Source of the DNA: Lenisia limosa
Taxonomy: Eukaryota; Protista; Breviatea
Reading direction: 5' to 3'
DNA: 19,450 bases
Assembly (NCBI GenBank): GCA_001655205.1
Contig: LPNZ01009398.1
Span: 17,451-36,900 of the forward strand
Position 1 is the first letter of the stretch. Each line of letters opens with the position of its first letter. The translations under genes and the position numbers were made by a program. This document shows, piece by piece, positions 10,666-19,450 of the stretch. The notes below the pieces were generated by a model that was not told the DNA's origin, searched no databases, and saw nothing but the letters and a program-made list of their open reading frames with translations.

Positions 10666-12537
10666 ATATTGAAGCAGCGATCGTCCTTGTGCCATAGGCG
10701 ATCCGGTCGAATAGACCATGGACGCTACGCCGAAAGCAATAATAACAAGGAAGATAACCGGCATGCTCATTTTTCGGTTTCGTCTGCGGGCAATTGCTTG
10801 TTCTTCAGCAGCTTGAAGGTCCTTAAGGTGATAAGAACTAAAAATCTGTTGAAATTGTTGCGAAATTATTGATATCTGCATGTGAATCAATCACAAAAAT
10901 AATAATAATAAAAAAATAATAAACTAGCATTCCCTCACTAACCATAAATGAATCGTTAGCTGGGGGGCCGACTCTACGACAATAAGGGCAAGGCTCATCA
11001 TCGTCAAGTTCTAGCGAAAGAGCCCATCCTCCACCACCCTATACGGTCAAATAGTCAAATACGACTGTTTTTGTACTTATCAAGATTTTTCAAAGAGTTA
11101 AAAAATATCAATCAATTATTGATTTACATCTAAAAACATTCAAAAATCTGTGTATTGTCAAACCTGATGAGTGAGCTTAAGATGCTTTGCTTTATGGCCG
11201 AGTTTCTTTCTAATAAGGTCAAACAATAGTTCCTGCAAATCATACACATGGCTATTCCAAATAAAGGAATTATGACAGTTGAAGAATCATACACATCACA
11301 CAAATAAATACTCATGAATGTCGTCACTTGTGCAGTAAAGATACCCCAGCATACTGAAGGAAGTAGACCTTAATTTCGTAGTACGCATATTGAAGAGCAA
11401 AAATCAAGTCAGACGTACAGAAATATCCAGCAGTTAAGATCTAAAACTGTAAATCAAACAACGACAAGGATACTCTACTCTTCAGTATTATCTCACCATA
11501 CCAGACACTTAACAGCCTTGTGATATAATTTCGCCTTTATTTGAAGAAATATATGCAGTATTCACAACTCTGAATGCTGTTATCGCATATAGCCACTCAT
11601 TAATGTCATAGCATCAGGATAGTATCTCTGTTTGACAATGCATTACGTTTCTCCCAACATACAACGGTGATATATTGGTGGGTGATAAGAGCGCCAATGA
11701 AGTTCGATGCGTCACCTGCAGAATATTAATTGGTATAAACCTCTTTTGTAGAAAGTGTCAAGTAGAATTAAGGACCATGAAGATCCTGCTAATGTATGCG
11801 AAAGACTTCCAGCAGAATCAAGTGTCAAAAAGATGAGAGCTTTACGAATTAACATAATTGGTTTACAAGCTACTTGAGATCAATATAATACAATTTAAAT
11901 TGGTAAGGGCGCCTATGTACACACGACCTTGAAACAAATGTCGCCACAAAGTATAGCTTTGGTTTGGATTTCGTCACCCCCCAGCATACCTCCAACAAAG
12001 AAAAGCAGAAAGAACGGGGACAAGCCATCAGCACGTTGTCGTTTGTAGTTGAGAATCAGTTGGGGTGCGGTGGCAACAGCCCAACAGCAGAGGGACATGA
12101 GGCCAAGAACTACTCCAATCTCATTTTGACGGTCATATACGCACTGTGGTGGATGGTAAGCGCCTTAATGCATTTTGATCTTTATTACAGCCAGAAAAAC
12201 GGCGGNNNNNNNNNNNNNNNNNNNNNNNNNNNNNNNNNNNNNNNNNNNNNNNNNNNNNNNNNGTCCTCTAAAACACGCGAATAGAACTCAAACAAGATGG
12301 AGCGTCTGGGAAAAAACTCTTTAAAACATGAAATTTTGATGGTGAAAATGATATTGGTCAGAGTACAATGTTAATTTACAGTTAATAATGGGTCATCAGC
12401 TCTTTGTAAATTTGTTAATAGTTATTGTGTATCAAATATCCTCCTCATCAAATATGGCACGTGCATACCTCCTGTTACCCACAAACCTCATTAAGATACG
12501 TTTCTATCCACTGCGTTGCTCCTGGATCACAACCCAT
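10666..12537 (-). CDS. SLC66A1: N-terminal half of a PQ-loop lysosomal cationic amino-acid transporter-like protein (TM1-TM4)
   Basis: Exons 12537-12487 (MGCDPGATQWIETYLNE), 12143-11990 (CVYDRQNEIGVVLGLMSLCCWAVATAPQLILNYKRQRADGLSPFFLLFFVG), 11715-11663 (GDASNFIGALITHQYITV), 11440-11369 (ILTAGYFCTSDLIFALQYAYYEIK) and 10821 (or 10845)-10666 (...MPVIFLVIIAFGVASMVYSTGSPMAQGRSLLQY, donor GTAAGT). All phases match, and the segments align colinearly with recalled human PQLC2 (CPSGSIQWI; PQ motif; GGDSCNLIG; TAVYYVLADL; GRALL). Confidence 0.85.
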
Positions 12538-12974
12538 ATTAATAGTTTTCAAAAAAATAAAAGAATTGAATTCAACTCCAGAACCAAATAAAAAGGTCTA
12601 GGGGGCCGTAGGCTACGGGCCTAGGGCAAAAATATGATATAGTGGGCCAGTCTTGCTCAAAATTATATCAATTGGTTTAATTTTGGTTTTTACATCTCTT
12701 TACAGTAGAGCAGAAAAGGGAAGAGTGCTTTGGTCAAAGTTCCAACTTTTTGTATAAACCCTCCGCGTTTCCACTTTATTGTACAACCCGAGATACAACG
12801 AGCCTCTTACTGTTAGTAAACGATACTAACTATCACAGCTACAGCAAACCTACAAACCCATATAAGACGGAATAGCCGCAATGGAACCAAGATCTTTCAA
12901 CTGGCCTCCCTTCCCATGATGATTTCGGCTTGCGATCTCGCATTTTAGTAACCAAGAAACATAGAAAAGGCCAA

Positions 12975-15900
12975 ATGCTGGCTTTGCAGGCTCGTGCCAA
13001 CCAAGCCACGTATCTTCTGACCATTTGGGTGTTTATCGGCATTGCATTGACTCGCTCCTTTACACAGGCAGAGAGGCTGTTTGACCATGACATATTGTTT
13101 GCTTGGATTCTTTGACGTTGCATTTCATAAACAAACCCCACTTCTTGTTGTCTTTTCTCCATCATCTTTTTTGACTCGGATAGACCTATCATGTACGCTG
13201 TGATGTTTTTTTTTTAAAAAAAAATATCAGATCTAAACGTTGTTTCCAGAGATATATGACAAAATGAGGAAAATATTATTGTTATTGAATCAATCTCTCA
13301 TATTCATGTACGTGGAAAGCATTATCTGTTTTATTCTACTTTTTTTGCAATTGATCCGCCTCAATATTACGTAATATCTAGTATCAATAATATTTTTTTC
13401 TGCTCTTCCAATAATTACTTTTTTGCTTTTACTTTCTCCCCTCAGATTACCAAAAGACGGCCGGATATTAACAGATGAGGACCCTGGTCCGTATTGCATG
13501 GGCCTCACATATTCGACCGTAGAAGACAGTGATGAATCCTGGAAGGTGGGTGTCATCTTCTATTTAAGTAGCTTTAAACTGTACAAATTCTGGACTTTGT
13601 TGACCCNNNNNNNNNNNNNNNNNNNNNNNNNNNNNNNNNNNNNNNNNNNNNNNNNNNNNNNNNNNNNNNNNNNNNNNNNNNNNNNNNNNNNNNCAATTAT
13701 TTGTTTGCTTTTTTTTTTTCTCTTATATCCCTAGATTCCCTCTGTAGGGACCGTTCAGGTACACGAATTTTCCTGATGTAAATCTGCGTAAAAAAGTTAT
13801 ATAAATATTTTACGTATTTTAAGTACCTACTCAAGAGGAGGTACTTAACAATTCGTAAATTTACGTAAAATTTGAGGAACCCTGATGCGAACGTTAAAAT
13901 TTTTACGTAAATTTTTGTAAAATTCGTGTACACATATCAAATAAGAGGGAGAATCTTGGTATACAATCACTGGCTTGCATTTGGGTTTCCAATTTATTTC
14001 AATACAGGGGGGCGAGTGTCCAGCGAGTAACTTCAAAATGCTGGTCCATGAAGGCGGACTTTCCTATTCAGCCATTGCATAGTGGGCCGTCAATTTAATG
14101 AACAGATGTTCATATAATATAATATATCATATAGTAGTATAATAATAATTCACCCAACCATTTGCCTTACAACTCACACAGGTTACTTAACTATATGAGC
14201 AGATCGCACTTTGAACGTATATGAATGAAATACTGTACATTAAAACTACCATTCACCTTGGTTTTTTTCTTGACCCTCTCTTACGTCAATTACATCATTT
14301 TTCCGCATATTCCCTCACATTTTAATAACCCTACTCATAATCCATTTCACATAACCTGCACTTATATCATGATTCCTATTCATTCATAATATCTCTTATA
14401 AGCGTGATGGTGTGGACNNNNNNNNNNNNNNNNNNNNNNNNNNNNNNNNNNNNNNNNNNNACGACATCCCAGCCCAGCATCACAGGGGCCAGGAACTTAT
14501 GCGGTAACTTTCGGCGATCTCACGGACGTTGGAACCGCTGTTGAAGTATTGGGATTTTGATCAGGACTTTTTGCATGTTTTTTTTTTGAAGAAAGAGAAA
14601 TCAAAGATGTTGGATAAGGAATTCGCTTTACAACTTCATGATTTTACAGAGTTACAAACAAGAAAATTACCATTTTTAAAATGACGTTTATCTGATCATC
14701 TCAGATTATGTTCTATCATCCAGATATTCAGCGGCGAATGGTTGTTCATCGACTCGGTGTCTTGGATAACTTTGTGAGCGAGGGACTACTATTTGAATAA
14801 CTTCATAGAGTGGAGGATTGTGAAGGGCTTCACTTTGGTTCGAAAAAAGACTGAATTTCTCAATAAATCCCCGAAAACAATCGATATCATACCGGTCTTT
14901 TTCCGGGAAGCCCTAATTCTGAGGGGTTGTATACTGAATTACTTTGTCCGTGGTACTCGTTGTAATAACTCTTGGAAAGTGGTCATAGCCCATTTGCCGT
15001 CAAATATTAGATCCAAGAGCGGGCTGGAAAGGGTTAAATCCCCCTTTGAAAAACATATCTTGTCCAAAAAATTATTGGATAACTTTTCCTAGTTAATTCT
15101 ATGGAATGTCTTCCGGGGGCTAATACTTCTTGCAAGTCTTTGTAAGGAGTTTTACTGGGTGTATTTGGAGAGGATCCAGTCTTATGGTCACTAGTGCTTC
15201 CCTACGGTCCGAAAAAGACCGGGAAACTATCGATATTTATCGAGAAATCACTCTTTTTTTGTGACTGTAGGGAAGCCCTAATGGTCACACAGCCAGAAGG
15301 GCTGAGCTAAATATGAGGTCCACTTGTTTTTGAACTCGTAGATGACCTCTATTTTCGAAAAACTGTTCTAAAAATCTAACTTTAAGCTTTTTTTTTTTTT
15401 AACTACTGGTTCAAAAAAAAAAAAAANNNNNNNNNNNNNNNNNNNNNNNNNNNNNNNNNNNNNNNNNNNNNNNNNNNNNNNNNNNNNNNNNNNNNNNNNN
15501 NNNNNNNNNNNNNNNNNNNNNNNNNNNNNNNNNNNNNNNNNNNNNNNNNNNNNNNNAGATGACGAGTCGTCAATAGTGTATTGGAAGCACACCATCTCCT
15601 TGGACAACTTGAAAAATGTTGGATGGGGATGCTGATAATGAGGTGGAAAATCAAGGGCAAATGGGAATAGATCTGTGAACTGGTTGAAATTTCTTCCACA
15701 CATTTCATCACATATATTATAGAGTTTAATTGGGATTATTGTGATGCATGCTGTCATCAGTTTCCCATAAACGTTATAAAGCATAATGTTTGGTCTTTTA
15801 TTTTTTACATTTGCGCGTCTCTCTACTCTATCTTTTCTTATGATGTGCAGCCGGCCGGAGTACAGATTGGCTTTCAATTGGAGGCTGCAGGGGACCCCTA

Positions 15901-18900
15901 TCTAGGCACTTTGTCGTTCATGTATGTTTGGTTGCTTAACCACATAAAATTGCCCCAGAAACATCCTGAGGCAGCGATAGGTTTCCCCCACCAGCATGGT
16001 CTTGATGTGGAAATTGTGGATCTGAAGAAGGTTGTCGAATTTAGATTATCTCACAAGGATGTTGTGGACGTTTTTTCATTTAGTTTTTGGTGGACATCTT
16101 AATTTATTGGATTTTTTCGAGAAGATATGGAATCATAAGAATGGAGGTGTGAATTACGCACATATGATATACTACTTCCACTTCATATAAAGCGAGAGAT
16201 GATTCATTTTTTTCGCATCGTACTTACCTGACTTTTCTTCTCTGAATTTGTCTCAATTCCCTTCTAACTGGGCCAGTGCGGGAGATACGTCCTACACCCA
16301 TCCAACAGCAGGCCAGTATTTCAGTACTTACGGGTGGAAGTTGTACATTTACCACTACCCGGTACCCCGTACGCTCTTAGGGTTATTGTTTGTATTTTAA
16401 TATTTACAAGTTTATTTTTGTGTGTGAAAACGATTCAAATTACATGTACAGTATGTGTCATCTATCTTCTTACCACTTAGCCGACTGCTCTCTTGCTCCT
16501 CATTTTCAGTACCCGCCAATTGCTGACATCTCAGTCACTGTGAGTAGGGGCTTCACTTTGGTTCGAAAAAAGACTGATTGTGAGTGATAAGTAGTATTAT
16601 TTTGATATAGGGAGGTGTTTTTTTTCATGAGTTGTAGAACAAACAATTTGATGACTAGTTTTGACTAAATATATTGGTGTGGATGTTGTGGATGGCTTGG
16701 ACCTGATGCTAACTTTATCAATTTCCTATTTCGATTTTTTTTCTTCTTTTGGATGGGAGGGGGAGTGAAAGAAGTAGTTTCTCCAAAATGGATTGGATAT
16801 TTACAAGAAGGAAGTTTGCTGATTTGCTTGTGTTTAATCAATTTTAGATATTCAATGTTGTTCAACATTCTTCATCATTCAAAGAGTTACCGTGCTACAT
16901 CAAAACATCAGAATCAGGTGACATTATAGACGGTGTGTGGGCGTAAAACCGTTGTTTCATACGATGCTATATGACGATTACGCTAGTACAATGTTGTTTA
17001 ATGGGTGAAATCCTCATATTTATAGATGGGCTTCAGCACATGCAGCTCTCCCTCGTGGCTGTTAGCTTGATTGTTTTGATTGTTCTCACTATGAGCGTTT
17101 GCGTTTATATCAGTAGGTCAATGTTCTGCTCTCTCTCTACACTTGTGTATTTTTATCATACAGTAATATGTATTAAAATTTGAGTAACAGTTTTTGCATT
17201 TCATCTATCATTTACATATCCATTGGTTTTCCTATCTGTAAAAAATAACGGCTTCTTCGAAACCAGTTTATTGCGTAATAAATATCAATAGTGTGTAATT
17301 ATAGACATCAGCTTGTACTGTCTTATGATTCTTTTCCGCGTATTACATACGTACATCTCGATACAAACTGGCATTATATGTTGGAAGGAGTAATGAGCAG
17401 TGTTGACACGTAACATACATATCATATGGTTATTTAACCCTTGCTTAATTTTTTCATCATACGTATCATATCATAGGTGTACAGTGACCGGGATAAGACT
17501 TGACCTATTTTCATTGGAAAATCAGCAAATTGGTCAAGGCTTATCCGGGTCAGTGTATATTTGACCCTTACTATTTAGTTCTTCGAGACCATAGGGTAGC
17601 GCGGATGGAGCTGAACTACTCTGCCCGAAGTATTGGAAGGTATAGTATATTCAATAACAAGTGATTTACAGTTTTATCCCTAATTCGCCGTTTTGTCCCG
17701 TGATTCATGTTTTGTCTTATATATAGTATATATATATATATCGATAAATATATATGTATACTATCTGTTTAGTTTGTATGTACCCCTCCCCTGCTCCTCA
17801 TACCCAAATCAATACACTTCTTCTTCATCCTCCTTTAAAATTCCATCGACATCCTACTGCTGTTGTCGACCATTTGGTGATATCTGTAGAGTGGTGATAT
17901 TTGAACGTTTCCCGTGGGCTGTAGTGTTGTTTTATTATTTTTGCTAATTGATAAAAGCATTAATCTATAAAGTTGCAATTCCTTCGTTTTCAATTGCTGA
18001 CCTCCATAGTCGAGCGTCAAATTGGTCACGATCTTCGGGAACTTTCTCGGTTGGTGCAGGTTCTCCACAGCCAATTCGATTTTCATCCGCAACACCTTCA
18101 GAAGAAGCAATATACTATAATTTCAATTGAAACCCGTTGATATGAAACAATAGGCTGCCTATTTTCAATCCGCGTAAGAAACAATTTGATCCTCGGCAAT
18201 CTAATTTCCACTCAGCATACACGACCTCGCTCACAGAGCCTCAAGGATCAGCCCCCTTCTAAGCCACCAGTGGATACTGCTCGAGACTTCCCGTAAGTCT
18301 CGGCTGTAGCGATTATGGGAGCAGGGGAGGCACGTAGAAAGCTGTGTGCACGGAGTTGTAAAGCAAACTGGGTGGATTGGTATTAGTTAGTATCAGGGCG
18401 CCGTGCAATTTATTTTTTGAAGAAATTAATTTACAAAATTTTAAATTAAAGTGTCTCAAATTGAGTTCACATTACAATATGTCGCATTTCAAAATTTTCA
18501 ATTATTTTTTCAATTAATTAGTATAATTTATATTTCTTACAAGCGTTGAATTTTTAAAAAAAAACAGACAAAAAATACCAACATACTTCAATTCTGGGTG
18601 TATAACACAATTTATTAACAAGAAAACCGTTAGCAAGCCAATCTCTAACATAAACTAAATGGAATTCATGTCGTAGAGCTAGGGATAGTTGAACTGTTTT
18701 GACAAATACTGTATATTAGATTACAATCTTTTCTCTTTTTTTTTTATTCCTTTTCTAACCCTACAGTTCACGTCAGCATCCCTACAAACCCACAACAAGC
18801 CCTTCCCTGTCCCCCTCCCTGACCTCGCTTGGTGTCCGCCCCTCAAGCCCTCCAATGACCTCCATTGGCATCAATATTGGTCCAGTTATCAAACCAGTAC

Positions 18901-19028
18901 CGTGAGAGGGGTGATATTATATGCTATTAGAGAACCAAGTAAGAATGAATTCCTCACGATTCTATTCTTCTCTTTTTTGCTCGTAATACAGCGACCAGGA
19001 TAGGTCTTGCTTGACCGATTTACAATGA
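12975..19028 (+). CDS. Putative type I single-pass membrane protein of unknown function (signal peptide, possible MAM-like ectodomain, Pro/Ser-rich tail)
   Basis: Candidate exons: 12975-13078 (signal-like MLALQ..YLLTIWVFIGIALTRS), 13446-13545, (gap)-14503, 14724-14773, 15137-15317 (MITE-interrupted), (gap)-about 15620, 15851-16030, 16510-16539, 16885-16917, 17026-17116 (TM LSLVAVSLIVLIVLTMSVCVYI), 18010-18049, 18216-18292, 18767-18901 and 18992-19028 (TGA). The TM-to-stop exons have good splice sites and exact phase match. The ectodomain chain is less certain. A further exon at 19173-19286 suggests an alternative 3' end. Confidence 0.55.
13759..13931. repeat. Foldback/inverted repeat, possibly an old MITE
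   Basis: Perfect 13-bp inverted ends GTACACGAATTTT / AAAATTCGTGTAC, extending imperfectly to about 30 bp; internal TTTACGTAAA palindromes; no TSD seen. Confidence 0.55.
14823..14915. mobile_element. Degenerate copy of the TAGGGC MITE, inverted relative to 19327-19426
   Basis: Aligns along its length to the reverse complement of 19327-19426, with a deletion in one TIR. Confidence 0.75.
15192..15280. mobile_element. hAT-type MITE with 8-bp target-site duplication
   Basis: TIRs TAGTGCTTCCCTACGGTC / reverse complement TAGGGCTTCCCTACAGTC; identical 8-bp flanks ATGGTCAC at 15184-15191 and 15281-15288. An 8-bp TSD with TAGGG ends is typical of hAT elements. Confidence 0.85.
16546..16578. mobile_element. 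Solo TIR fragment of the TAGGGC MITE
   Basis: 30 nt identical to 14825-14854; flanked by the direct repeat TGTGAGT (16539-16545, 16579-16585). Confidence 0.75.
17482..17555. mobile_element. 74-bp Tc1/mariner-like mini-MITE
   Basis: 24-bp TIRs (CAGTGACCGGGATAAGACTTGACC, 3 mismatches) with TA on both sides. Confidence 0.75.
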
Positions 19029-19326
19029 GGTTTCCCAAGGAAAATAAGTCAGGACTTTCCTGGTCATTGTATAGAGTGTTCAGAAATAATTCAGGAAATC
19101 TAAGGACCACAACATTTCTTGTAGTTGATCACTTCTAAAGGCTTAATTCCCCATGCTGTTTTCACTAAACAGGAACCATATCCACATGCTGGCAGGCACT
19201 CGTCACCGTATTCCTCCCATTAAAAAAGCAATTAAGGATTCTCGACAAGTGCGACGACCGCATTCAGACTCTGCCGCTGCTTCAGGGTTGGGAGAGAGAT
19301 ATATATATATAATATATAAAATATAA

Positions 19327-19426
19327 TAGGGCGTCACTTCGGTTCGAAAAACACGGTGGAAATATCGATAGTTTTCGAAGATTTATCGAGAAATTCAGTC
19401 TTTTGTCGAACCGAAGTGAAGCCCTA
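19327..19426. mobile_element. MITE of the same TAGGGC-ended family
   Basis: TIRs TAGGGCGTCACTTCGGTTCGA / reverse complement TAGGGCTTCACTTCGGTTCGA; shares the internal ATCGATA...TTTATCGAGAAAT core with 15192-15280; no clear TSD. Confidence 0.8.
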
Positions 19427-19450
19427 TATTTCATATATTATATGTAAATA

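Larger units (their letters stand above)
7288..15556. other. Seven assembly gaps (N runs)
   Basis: 7288-7513, 7788-7984, 8793-8884, 12206-12262, 13607-13693, 14418-14460 and 15427-15556. Several abut G/C or A homopolymers and hide parts of exons; ORFs in the track that run through them are artefacts. Confidence 0.99.

Noticed and set aside
11130-11350. Hydrophobic 65-75 codon minus-strand ORF inside a PQ-loop intron, considered as the missing second PQ repeat
   Set aside because: No PQ or SR.PQI motif, it lies upstream of TM4 (wrong order), and its acceptor phase does not match the preceding exon.
11966-11989. Intron read-through MLGGDE mimics the conserved GGD motif
   Set aside because: The true GD-ASNFIG continuation is in exon 11715-11663; the read-through ends soon afterwards. 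Probably coincidence.
12263-12305. Candidate PQLC2 first coding exon (RSILFEFYSRVLED)
   Set aside because: Exon 12537-12487 matches the conserved C..G..QWI motif much better, has an ATG and has a phase-0 donor.
12597-12628. GC-rich interrupted palindrome GGCCGTAG-G-CTACGGGCC between the divergent genes
   Set aside because: Short and imperfect, the loop is too small to fold, and there is no second copy in the window to support a function.
12839-13192. 117-aa minus-strand ORF; RRYVAWLARACKASIWPFL vaguely recalls the SAM-like N-terminus of DIRS tyrosine recombinases
   Set aside because: No catalytic YR motifs, RT or terminal repeats nearby. It lies antisense to the signal-peptide exon of the plus gene, which fits a phase-consistent model. 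An HMM search would settle it.
14480-16300. Alternative minus-strand exon chain (for example 15024-14946 and an exon ending near 14480) with matching phases
   Set aside because: The peptides are unrecognisable, one acceptor lies inside a MITE, and the plus-strand model has stronger splice sites and links to a TM exon.
1-19450. CRISPR arrays, rRNA/tRNA genes, prokaryotic operons, autonomous transposase or RT ORFs
   Set aside because: None seen; the window is spliced eukaryotic sequence with only short non-autonomous elements.

Overview
AT-rich, intron-rich eukaryotic (probably invertebrate animal) draft scaffold with seven N-gaps; the supplied ORF track mostly catches exon fragments and intron read-through. 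Manual splicing with GT-AG sites and reading-phase checks gives three densely packed gene models. (1) + strand, about 115-6132: the 3' part of a SHOC1/Zip2-like XPF-family meiotic gene (ERCC4-like half, helix-hairpin-helix, about 430-aa low-complexity tail). (2) - strand, 12537 to about 6418: an exon chain that starts as a clear PQLC2/SLC66A1-type PQ-loop transporter (first triple-helix bundle plus TM4). Where the second PQ repeat should follow, it continues into a Cys/N-glycan-bearing domain, a TM segment and an acidic/Pro-rich tail resembling the C-terminus of TmcB (tiny-macrocyst) proteins. This apparent chimera is the main finding. (3) + strand, about 12975-19028: an unidentified single-pass membrane protein with a possible MAM-like ectodomain, head-to-head with gene 2. 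Also present: hAT-type MITEs (one with a perfect 8-bp TSD inside a candidate exon), a Tc1/mariner-like mini-MITE family and small repeats. Family assignments come from recalled motifs; no searches were run.
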